NCBI RefSeq assembly: GCF_040938485.1
Contig: NW_027270892.1
Location: forward strand, 1,922,001-1,986,000
DNA: 64,000 nt
Origin: Diadema antillarum
Lineage: Eukaryota
Direction: 5' to 3'
Below, in pieces: positions 37,901 to 48,239 of the stretch. The notes under the pieces are model-generated. The model was given only the letters and a program-made list of their open reading frames with translations. It was not told where the DNA came from and ran no database searches. Each line of letters starts with the position of its first letter. The first letter of the stretch is position 1. A program made the position numbers and the translations under genes.

Positions 37901-40900
37901 GCATCATATTGCATTGTGAATGCATGATATACGCGTAAAGTATATTCATTCTTGTGCCAATTTTCGTGCTGAACAGTTCGTGACAGAGGGATACACGCTC
38001 CTTTGCGCCCTTAAGTTCTGTGGAACATCGTCTCTAAATGAGGTCCCTTACACTTTTCCGGTTGACGGCAGCAAAATGGAACAGCTACAGTGGGTCAAGG
38101 GTGTGGCTCAACAAGTCGTGGACTTCGTCTACCATGAACCAGACAAGTCATCAATACAAGTTGCAGCAGAGGCGTACAAAGATGACGTGGGAGAAGAAAC
38201 AGAGGATGCTCTGGCGTACTGTCACTGTAAAACTGGTTAGTACCCTATGGCAGTACTCCTACTATAAATCACTTCCCCACCATGATTTAAGGTTTGCTTG
38301 TTTTGTCATGTAACGTTAAGTTATCATTCAGAATAAGGATAAACAACCCCCCGCCCCCCCCAAAAAAAAAAACAACAACAACAAACAAACAAACAAACGA
38401 ACTGGTTAGTACCCTATGGCAGTACTCCTACTATAAATCACTTCCCCACCATGATTCAAGGTTTGCTTGTTTTGTCATGTAACGTTAAGTTATTCAGAAT
38501 AAGGATAAACAACCCCCCGCCCCCCCCAAAAAAAAACAAAACAAAACAAAACAAAAACAAAACAAAACCAAAAACAAACGAACGAACAAGCAAACAAAAC
38601 AAAACAAAATTGAAAAAAAGAAAAAAATTCCATGGCGACCGCAATACATCCACTACATATTTATTTATTTATTTATTTATTTGTTTATTCATTCATTTTT
38701 GTACAATACACACTGCCATTGCCACAGGAAGGCGACAATCTCAAATGAACGGCAAATAAACAATATCCGGTACACTATGATATTGTACACAGATTTTCGT
38801 GACATTGTTGAGCGGCATAATATGGAAACAGACAAATCTAATTACATGTATTCTCACTTGACCGTTCTGACTGCATGTATATGATCCCAAACTTTCCATG
38901 TATAATCGCTGAGTGGTAATGCATGTATGAATTCCAAGTCCAACAGGACTGATAAGCGTATATATTCATTTTTTTTTTCAGTATATGGAATAGCGTCACC
39001 CGAGCATAAGCTAATCCAATTTCGATACTTTGTTAACATTGACGTAAGGGCTCAAAACTGCTCTTAGATACATGAACGGTACATTCAGGTACCGCATTGT
39101 AGGCATAAAGCGGAAAAATGAGAGGAAACAAGTAAATGTGCTCAGGAGTGTACTCTTAGTGTAAATATTTCGATTGAACCGCAGTTTGCATAGTTTACAG
39201 AAAAATTCATGTATAATTCCGGAATAAGAACATACATGTACTTTGAAACTTACATCATATCGACATAGAAAATCTGGTAATTGTTCATGTTTCTAATCTT
39301 CTCGCCGATTTTGATTATGTGACATGTGCATGAATCCTTTCTCAATTATCTGTGTAGAGAAAGACGAGGAGATGGTTCAGTGCTGCAGTTATGCATGCCA
39401 CAAAGCCTGGTTTCATCTGGGTTGTGTCGGATTAGCATCTGCTCCAGATGACGACTGGTACTGCAGCGCCGATTGTGAAAGCAGTCCAAGCTACGTCTAC
39501 TGTGTGTGTAAGCTGAAAGTTGATCCAGAAGGCGGTACAAGAATGGTACAGTGTGCTTTGCAGCGGAATTGCAAGGGTCATGAATGGTATCACTACAGAT
39601 GCGTTGGGCTCCAGGTCACCGATGTACTACCGGGTGAGAAGAATTATGTTCGTGCATAATAAATGTGGAGATCTATGGACGGTGCCAACGATTTATTTAC
39701 AAGCATGAGCTGTTTGTCTTGCGAACTGAATCAGGTAGAAAAATTCTCTCATTACAGCTTATTATCAAATATGCGATAAGTATTCAAGGATGGTGTTGTA
39801 ACACGCTTGATCTAGTACCCATTAAGGCCTATGGAAAAAGGTAAATACTATGTCATTTCACTGTTTCCTGAGACGTGATTTTTTATTACTGTAGACAAAT
39901 GGTACTGTGGAGAAGCATGTGCCCTTGACTCTGAAGACGACGACCATGTGCTGAATCACAGTAAGGCTATCACTCTGGAGGGACTGCGTCATCAGGCAAG
40001 ACGAGCTGCAGTGCGGGCTGGAAATGGACCCGTCATGGTTGACGACTGGAAAATTGATCTCCTATCGTTCTGGTCAAAGAGGCATCCGAAATACCTCATC
40101 AACGCCCACTACTTCCTGGCATGTGAGTCTAGCACAATGTTTCTGTAATAATATAATACAGACAGACATATATTTGAGATATTCAATCACCAGAGGAAAT
40201 AACAGTTCATTTCGGAGAAACTACAGGCCGAGTCTCTCGAGCAGAGATTGTTTTTGGAAAATGCAGATGACTGTCAAAGAGTATTTCAATCAGATTTTAA
40301 TATCTAGAATTTCATTCATTTTTTTTATATCTATTCCAGGTGTAGGAGGATTTGCTCCCCAAAACACACGGACTAGCTTGATCTGGAATAGGGTGATCAA
40401 CGTTGCTGGAAGACGTGGAGGAAACATTGGAATGGACCTTGCCACTGAGCACATCAACTTGGAGTACAAAGGTATTACGTGGTAGATGTGGGAAAATATG
40501 TGAAAATATGTGTGATTAATAATGTGTAATTATTTTTCTACCGATAGTGATACGCGATCTTTCACCATGGAGACGGTACTGTGAGCTGCGTGCATGATTT
40601 CGAATCAAATAGGTTAGTGAGAAGAGTCGTCTTGCCGGTATCGGTCATTTTTGCAAAAGCATGCCCGATTCTGAAACGATCCTTTCCTATCCTTTTCACC
40701 TTCCGCTCCCCGGCAACTGATGAAGAGGGCGGTGTTTTGGGACTAACCTGTCTTTCAATTTCAGTTTTGTTTTGTTTTTGTTTTGTTTTGCTAACTCCTG
40801 ACGGGGTGTCGCCGTTTATTTTGGCCAATGTTTTGGTATTTCATTTATATATAATTATATATATATATATATATATATATACAAACACTATATAATATGA

Positions 40901-43900
40901 ACATATTTATTCATTAATTTATGCATGTATTTCATATTCACCTTTTTTTTTGCAGAGACGATAAACCATTGTCGTGGAAATGTGACAGAGAGGCATGCCG
41001 ACCGATGTGCCAAGATGTCTGGCCCTTTCGGTCGGTACCTGGACGATATGTTCAGTGACGCCGGGATCGTGTCTATGAAAACCCCATCACGAAAAAGGGC
41101 AGAAAACCTGTACAAGCAGGACGTGCTGTCATTCGTCAGTGAGAATCAGCGAGCTGCGCTATTTGAGTACTTGCCCTTCAGAGAACACGATGGTTTCGAG
41201 GGTTTTGATGGCAGACATGTTGTGAAAGCCCCGTGTAAGCTTGGACAGAAGTTGAAGGCCCTTTCCAGAAGAATGGATGCACAACGCCGAACTGTACAAT
41301 TGTGTCGGAATACAGACTCTCACTAGGAAAGACCATGTTAGTGATTCACGGTGTCACAAACTGAGCAGCAGGGACCCACTTGCTCTCTCGTCTGCTCCAT
41401 GCCTGGTACAAACAATGCTTTTAATACAGACTGCCGGATGCAGCATGACAATTTGAGGATGTCGCTCATCTCATCATCAAGCCATCTCTTGTTGACGGAG
41501 CCTGGTGGAAGGTACATGATTGCTCTCCCCCGTCTTCCGTCACGGCCACAGCGTCCCGTCTCCTGCCAGTAACTAAGGACGTCGCTTGGCGGTCCCCAGT
41601 GAATGACAGTGTCCACATCCGGAACATCCACTCCAAGCCCGAAGGCAATGGTTGCGATCACGCAACGAAGTGTAGAGCCCTTGGAAGAAAAGTTCATGCT
41701 TATTCTTTCCTGACTGTCTATGTCCGTGGACGCATGAAACATTTCAGAGAGTCTGTTGTGCACAGTACATGGCTGTTCAGAACCTGTAGAGTGTCCATCT
41801 TTCTGCAGTGATTCATTGATCCAGAGATAAAGTTCACTGACGTGGTCGATATGTCTGTAGGAACAAAACAAAATGATGCCATGTGTCAACATTAAAGCAA
41901 TCTATTTTCTTCACATTTTCTAATTATCTTTTCAAACATAAATTATTGGTTATGAAGAAAATCTAATTTTAAGAAGAAACTGATTTTTCTTTCAAAGTTG
42001 ATTTTCAAAAGATGTAGGGCCTCAGGTGTAGGTCTTCATGCATTACGGTTCTCGTTTGCTTTATAGAAATTGTGGGTACCATATTAATGTATTTTCTGTT
42101 TATCCAAGGTAATGTGCCAAGTATACATGTATATTGGGTATTGGTATGGTCTTCATAATTTAGTTGACGTCGATAAAACGTTTAAAAACTATTTCGGCAC
42201 TCATCTTTAAACACCGCGCCACCAGAATTGATAAGTCATGCAAACAAAAATCGAAGGCTCGATTTTTAGTTTACTTACCGAGCATATATGATGGTTTTCC
42301 GGGCCCTGGTTCCTTTTTGCTTCAGTTCCTCGATGTACCATCCTAGAGCCTCTTGCTTATTGGGGACTCGAGCTATTTCTAGGTGAATGTTTGGCCTGCA
42401 ATATTTGATAAATGGTATATTTATGAGATGTAATATAGGTGTTCGTGAAACAAGTCTGAAGAAAATCATATTTCATAATTACTGTGATTTACAGCGTAAT
42501 TGACTGGCATTCAAATGTATCTATCGGAATCAAATCTCCCTTCAAGTTTACCAGGCCGAGTTCTTGCAGTGGTAAGTTTTCTCCCTTTAAAGTAAATTAT
42601 AATTTATATCAATATAAGTTATAGCTCATAGGAAAACGGGTTGTAATTTACTCTAAACCCAGATCTGGATCATGAGAACGAATGATGACTCCTTTTCATA
42701 TCAGGGAAAATATAATCGACCGGGCGAAAAAGAATTACATATAGCTTGTAGGCCTACATGTATTCGGATACATGAATTTCACAAACTACATAAAGACGGA
42801 AATAAATATTTGGAGAAATGAGTCGTTGTTTGTAGCTTACGGTATTAAAGGGAAGTAGTTGGCTAACAATTTAGAGCCGCGTGATAAAAACACACCGTGT
42901 GCATGTGTTCCCGCTTCAAAAACAACAATACATTGCATTAGGCACAACTGAGCCCACATGTTTTCCTTATGTATTACACAGGCGGCGGTATATGATAGGT
43001 GGGAGAAACCTTTCTTTTACCAGTTACTACGTTGGTCGTGCAGGTTTTATATGCTCCACGGGACATGTGTCGCTGACGTTCAACTTCAGTTATCTGTCTT
43101 AACATCGTGTTCGTGATGAGTGTTATCTGTGCACCGAAAACATTACATTATCATAGCTATAGTGTATCCACTACCAGTAGTAGGAGGATTTTGTTGTGCA
43201 CATACGTTTGTGATTACGTCACCTGCAAGTATACAGCCATGGCGAAAGAAAAAATAAATGGGGTATAAAATGCGGAAGTTCCACGTGTTGTTTTTTTCTA
43301 AAATCCGTGTCATCGCGCATTGAATTGTTGTTGCTGTTGTGTTTTTGTTTGCGTCTCAAAACCACCGTCTGATGACCACAGATGATTTAGTCATAGGTGA
43401 AAGTTGACATATTGGTATAAGCACAGCAGAAATAAGAATCGTTCATCTTGCGCATAACTCTTTAGCTGATTTTAGCGGGTATATGTCTTGAAGAGGAGAA
43501 GCGAGCAAAAGCCTTATACATGAAAGAGAAATATCGGCTGGTATTAATGCGATCGAAGTATCGGGAAAAGGGGAGGCGTCTGTCCACTTGAGGGCTATGA
43601 GCGGAGTAATTTACATGTTATATTTTTGGGACACTGATACATTTCATTTCAATGGATATAGTAGTGTTTCAAACTGACATTCGATGCCTCACATGCATGT
43701 GACTTGATCCCTGAGAACGAAAAAAAAAAGTATTAAAGGATTTTTTTTTTACTTCTGTTCATTACCAATAGATTTATGACATTCCGCGGATGTAACTAGT
43801 ATGAATGAATGAGGCGTCGATGTTAATAAATACCTGTCTGGAGATAAAGCGACGATTTTCACTTCCTCTCGTCGGAGACTCAGATTTTCGCACACAGCAG

Positions 43901-45903
43901 TAACCATTCTGTCAGTGCATGTAGCGGACAGCATTAAGACAGGGCATGTTAGTCTTGATCGCAAAGTATGAACTCTCAGGTACTCCTCTCTGAATGTCAA
44001 TCCCCTGCACATACACGACAGTTAGTCATAGATAGGAAGAACAGTACAATAACAATATTTTACTTCCGTTAAGAAAAAAGAAAGAAAGAAAGATTATGTC
44101 CGTATACAAGACAGAATGTAAACGGGTCTGATGATTTATCGCGTGTTTATTTCTGTAATGACTGTAGTGTGTACATGCAGTTACAACAAACATATAGTTA
44201 TAATCAAAAATCCGGCGATCAGTTAAATGTCCTAGCCATTTATCAATCAGAGCGCTAATAGTACAGAATATGTTCTATATAATTCTTTCATGTAGTATGC
44301 GTAGTTCCTTGCTTAGTTTGGTCACTATAGGCCCATCCTGTGCAAAATTCTAATGTCAAACATCTAGCAAGAAGTGAATCTCAGAAAGCATAACTACAGT
44401 TCCCTCTCACGTGCGCTTGTTTGAAATTTTGATATGCTATAAGGTCATCATCTAACAAAAAAATAAAAAAATAAACAGTTGCATGTTCGACCTCCCCTAT
44501 ATCAAATCAAATTTTAGCTAAATAATAACTATTTCGACATTCGCTACCCCAAAATCACCCAAAGAACGTGGATAGAAAACTTTCCTTTAAATCAGGGCAC
44601 GGTATACAGCCGATAGTTCTTCGGCAGCTGCGTGTTTTAATTATCTAGTCGTCCATATTCTGATTAGGGCCTGTCCCGACATGTCCATGTCCGGATAGGA
44701 GAGGTCGGACTGTATATTCTTCAATCTTTTACCTCAGCTGAAAATATGGAAATACTTTATTTCAGTTTAAATTGGGGTGTCTAGGACTCAGGCATTATGT
44801 TCCCATAACATCGCAAAACCATCTCATTTGATTCATTATACATGTATCTGCAATAAGTATGTTCATCGAGTACGTTCAATTATGGTACAGTTTGAAAAAT
44901 TAATCCAGTTAAGTTGTCAGCAGTTTTATGTATAACATTGCACTTTGGAAGGTATAACGTATAAACTTGCCATTTTGTCAGACAGTGAACTTCGTCAAGT
45001 ACAAGCAAGCAAATCCTTTCTTGGAACTTCCGCACCCATTTCCACCATTTCGGTGACATGATGGCCTCTGGGGACGTGAAAATGAGATCTCTCTCTCCGT
45101 TCATTAGATCTGATGGGTATATAAAGCGAGAAGTTGAAAGTAGAACATAATTCAAACATGCTAATCTACCATCAACTTATATCCCGATTTAGTGCTCATT
45201 AAGAAACGATTATCTTTATAACGTACACTGTATAATGGATACATAACGATTTCAACATTGATATTACGTGTTTTCACTTTCAAAACATATCGATAGATTT
45301 TTCTAACCCGAACTGATATCTAGTTGCTGATTATGATCATTCTATACGAGAGACAGTTTGATTCACCTATCCATTGCGGAGACTAAAGGCTGATTCCGGA
45401 TTAAACTTGTTCGACAAGAGTACAACTGTTTTGTACAGGCATTACGGGAAGAAGCGAGATACTCTTTGTGTGTATATCATACATGGGAAAGGGGGGGGGG
45501 ACAAAGGGTGCAAATTGTCAACAATTATTAGAAAATCGAGAGCAGACTGGGATCAATGAATTTGTTCAAGAACACAGGAAACTTCCGGTAGTTTTCTGAA
45601 TTACCATTTTCTGTCAACCGGTCCATATCCATCCCGGAATGACCGAGAATGGCCGCAGTTCTTATTCCATGTGACTCCCACCTTCGCATCTGATCCATCA
45701 TTAGACTTTTTAGCGGACTGACCACGAGGGTCATGTGTCTTGTCTCTGGATTCAACTGTCAAAAAAAGAAAAAAAAATCTACAATGAGCGACAATGACAT
45801 TGAGATACTGTGACTTTTCATATTGCTGTTATATTTCTATACATTAAAAGTAATGTTAAAATATATAGGCCTATATGTCCATATGACTCGTTATAGGGAT
45901 AAA

Positions 45904-45951
<48 letters not shown>

Positions 45952-46672
45952 GCACCTAGTAGTACAAACTGTTTTCTACTTTATACCTCCCATACACAGC
46001 TCCTTTCCACAGCGGTCCTTCCTAGGATTTATCGAACCAGTCACATTGTCACTTTCATAATGCTTATCTTCTTTTTTCCCCTCTATGATAAATATACGCT
46101 TGATTATATATAATTCTATGGGATTTTTCTCAATACGAATTAAAAGGGGGATCAGCACACAAATAGATTGATAAGTTTGTATCATCATTCAAATTAGCAT
46201 GCCATAAAAATTTATATCATAATGTATAATAGGTCTATTAATGTAATGAATGAATTATGTTGCCACTGTAGTGAATTAAGGTTTTGTAGGTAGGCCCTTT
46301 GGGCTTGTCAGATATTCAAGACCTAAAGACCTTTCCCTTATTCATTCATCCGTATTTCAGTAATTCAATGAGGAAATAATGATAACCAATAATCATCGAC
46401 TGCGAGAGCGCGAGGTGTTTATCAAGCCGAGCCGCAACTTGCCAAAGGCTGATAGACACCTCAAGGATCACCGATCGAGGTTATGTTAGATTTTATCCAT
46501 TACCCGAGAAATAGATGATTATTTGCTTTATATCCAACATCGATTTACAAAGTCGAACGAGATATGATTAAAGAAAAATATTCCATCAACCGTGCGGAAT
46601 ATGTCTACAACTCAGGCATGACAGGTTGCACCGTAAAACCACGGCAATCTGATAAATTAGAGTAGCGTCAAT

Positions 46673-46706
<34 letters not shown>

Positions 46707-47731
46707 AGAGTACACACAAAAAAAACAACAACGACAAATAAACAAAACAACACCTGCCTTGTCCATGAGTGGCCCAAAGAGAACGTACGGGATACTTTTC
46801 CCGTATGCGGTAGGCAAAATGGCCAAGGTGTGACTTCCTCCTGCCAGACTGTCGATTATCTCCACTTGTTTTGTTTTGAGTACGAAACTTTCACCGAACA
46901 TTTCGGTCGCTACTTTACGAATACAAGACTGATTATCCATGTCTAAAATGAGAAGAGTATGTGAGAAGTATACACAAAGGACGCAGGACAAGATGAAGAA
47001 GAAGAAGAAGAAGAAGAAGACAAGGGACCGGAGTGGACAGGTGTACGTGTACGCTTGAGAACGTATTACACAACCTATGGTATGACGTAAGTACTGCCTA
47101 ACGTCGTCTGCTTGTGGAGAGATCTTATGCGTGCGTGCGCGGCTTGAGTGTAGCAGCACGGTCGGCAGCGCGACCTTTTGAAAGGGCATTCACATCACGT
47201 GACCACCCGATATCTGAATTTGGCCTGGCGTGAAAGATTGTGTACCGTGTGGACATGCTGGATATGATGATCAATTTCGGTAAGTTTCATTACGTACATT
47301 TGAATACTGATAGCATCAGATGTAGAGTAAATATTGAAGAGTGTACTCGATGAGTTTGAGGTGACAAAAATGATCGTAAGTATCAAAAGTCAAAGCTATC
47401 GTGATACGATTACGTCGCTCTCCTAGTGGTTGGTGGTCGCACTCGTACAGCCCTGTCGCGACGTACCATGTACAGCGACTGGGCTGTGTATAGTTACTCT
47501 AACGTTAACATTTATTTGTCTGGAACTTGTCTATTCCGACAATTTATTGGTCAAGGTGGTTGAAACAGAAGAAGGCACTTAGATTGCCGATTTTTTTTTC
47601 TTCGTCTCACCTTTTTTCGAATCATTGTTGCCCGATGGAGGCTGCAGAAAACTCGGATTTTCCAGTAACGATTTTAGGGTTATCCCACGAATGTCGCTCA
47701 AGCGCTCTTCCATTCCCTCCATTAGATCCAT
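23244..47731 (-). CDS. HLF: PAR-bZIP transcription factor (HLF/TEF/DBP/Pdp1 family), 308 aa; join(complement 47611-47731, 25610-25978, 23244-23680)
   Basis: Exon 1 reads [28 protein letters not shown] (PAR-family TLxxLLENP-like motif) with donor G|GTGAGA. Exon 2 has [32 protein letters not shown]. Exon 3 has the PAR + basic + zipper region [54 protein letters not shown]. All introns are GT-AG and phase 1/1; total 927 nt with TAG stop. The symbol stands for the single invertebrate family member. Confidence 0.93.
24395..24783. mobile_element. Non-autonomous element with 6-bp TSD (IS3EU-like), in HLF intron 2
   Basis: CAGGGATGCCAAGT / ACTTGGTAGCTCTG with ACAGTG on both sides. Confidence 0.7.
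25610..25978 (-). CDS. HLF: PAR-bZIP coding exon 2
   Basis: Acceptor TCTTAG|GC and donor G|GTATGT; contains the conserved [10 protein letters not shown]...[10 protein letters not shown] block. Confidence 0.93.
26856..27229. mobile_element. Diverged copy of the 599-1147 MITE family, in HLF intron 1
   Basis: Shares GGGCCCCCACA..TTTTTTAACCCGGAAGTACGTAAGTGGCACTAAA..GAGATCTTGAAGT and the right-end CACTTTTGAAAACGCTG; TSD not recognisable. Confidence 0.7.
27285..28125. mobile_element. Non-autonomous element with 13-bp TIR and 6-bp TSD (IS3EU-like), in HLF intron 1
   Basis: CATACTTGCCAAC / GTTGGCAAGTATG with CCATTG on both sides. Confidence 0.78.
29975..30109 (+). mobile_element. 135-bp diverged Academ-type miniature nested at the transposase start codon
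   Basis: Starts TCGCCCGACCAGACGC and ends CAGTTA; flanks CAATGCTCC / CCATGCTCC (8/9). The last 25 nt match the big element's right end at 14/25 positions without gaps. Confidence 0.6.
30112..41326 (+). CDS. Academ transposase with two PHD fingers, ~1115 aa; join(30112-30388, 30702-30911, 33110-33438, 33925-34136, 34823-35093, 35597-35989, 36319-36570, 37521-37658, 37977-38235, 39358-39633, 39895-40122, 40340-40471, 40956-41326)
   Basis: All 12 introns are GT-AG with matching phases; 3348 nt, no internal stop. N-terminal CxxC...CxxC. Putative catalytic motifs CIDNV (exon 6), SGDGLTIER (exon 7) and DLATEHIN (exon 12). PHD1 [30 protein letters not shown]; PHD2 [28 protein letters not shown]. 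The first two exons are least certain (alternative ATG 30124, alternative acceptor 30759). Confidence 0.85.
31423..32347. mobile_element. Kolobok-like non-autonomous element in transposase intron 2, carrying a nested MITE
   Basis: TTAA|AGGGAACGCAAACCCAAAGAG ... CTCTTTGGGTTTGCGTTCCCT|TGAG; same family as 62276-62827. Confidence 0.7.
31567..31818. mobile_element. MITE with ~33-bp TIRs nested in the Kolobok-like copy
   Basis: AACGAGAGTATTAAGGAGGCGGTAGACGTTGCTT / AAGCAACGTCTACCGCCTCCTTACTCTCGTT; next to a (TA)n run. Confidence 0.7.
38231..38560. repeat. 169-bp tandem duplication starting at the exon 9 donor of the transposase gene
   Basis: AACTGGTTAGTACCCTATGGCAGTACTCC... occurs at 38231 and 38400. 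Confidence 0.85.
41338..46940 (-). CDS. RecQ-like superfamily-2 DNA helicase of the AcademH element, 425 aa; join(complement 46758-46940, 45605-45755, 44971-45109, 43834-44004, 42279-42395, 41338-41854); possible extra upstream coding exon 47075-47189
   Basis: Motifs I LPTAYGKS, Ia [69 protein letters not shown], and a C-terminal Cys cluster (CCSVC). 1278 nt uninterrupted when two GC-AG introns are used. Confidence 0.9.
46388..46522. mobile_element. Small palindromic repeat in a helicase intron (10-bp terminal IR plus internal hairpin); family unassigned
   Basis: AATAATCATC / GATGATTATT ends; internal GAGGTGTTTATCAAGCC ... GGCTGATAGACACCTC. Confidence 0.45.
47611..47731 (-). CDS. HLF: PAR-bZIP coding exon 1 (40 codons + 1 nt)
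   Basis: ATG at 47731-47729 with an in-frame upstream stop; [10 protein letters not shown] motif; phase-1 donor matches the phase-1 acceptor at 25979-25980. Confidence 0.88.
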
Positions 47732-48239
47732 GACTGCCAAAATCCGTCGATCAGACTCGTATTGTATTGTTCGTCGTTAGTAGTTTCTAGGTTGATGTCT
47801 GGCGCAATGACGTCTTTCTTTAATCCTAGCTGGTTACGCTGTAGAAAATCATTTGTTTCTCAATTCTAACTGTTACAGAGGACGAGGTAAGAAGGCAAAA
47901 TCACCCGTTTCTCGTCATAAAGATAGCTAGAAACACCAAACGAACGCAATGGATCATAAAACGCCCGCGGCCGCAGCATCAGCTCAATAAACTGCTTGTG
48001 TTGTGGGTGCACGGTGGCTTCCAGTCCTACGTCAAATGTGTGTAAACGACACTACATGTACTGTCCGGTGCGGCACTATCTTTGCGCGAGCGACCTCTCA
48101 TCCGTGGATGGGATACAAAGGCAATACATGCAAAGTGGTCGTTTGCCGAGTGTGTATGCGAATGGTAATCAATAAAATCCGTACTACTCAGTATAATACG
48201 TAAACAGTACACATCTGACAGATAGGGATCGGAGAGCCC

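Larger units (their letters stand above)
29550..47496. mobile_element. Autonomous AcademH/AcademHP-type DNA transposon, 17,947 bp, inside HLF intron 1
   Basis: Perfect 9-bp direct repeat CTCTAACGT at 29541-29549 and 47497-47505; termini TAGCCC...TAGTTA. It encodes a DDE-type transposase with PHD fingers plus a RecQ-like SF2 helicase. That gene content and a 9-10 bp TSD define AcademH/HP (Kojima 2020, recalled from memory). Confidence 0.88.

Noticed and set aside
39358-39930. Calling the PHD exons an ING-family host gene
   Set aside because: They splice in frame between the transposase D and E motifs, and there is no ING N-terminal domain.
41338-46940. Calling the helicase a host RECQ/WRN/BLM gene
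   Set aside because: It lies inside TSD-bounded termini beside an Academ transposase and lacks winged-helix, HRDC and exonuclease domains.
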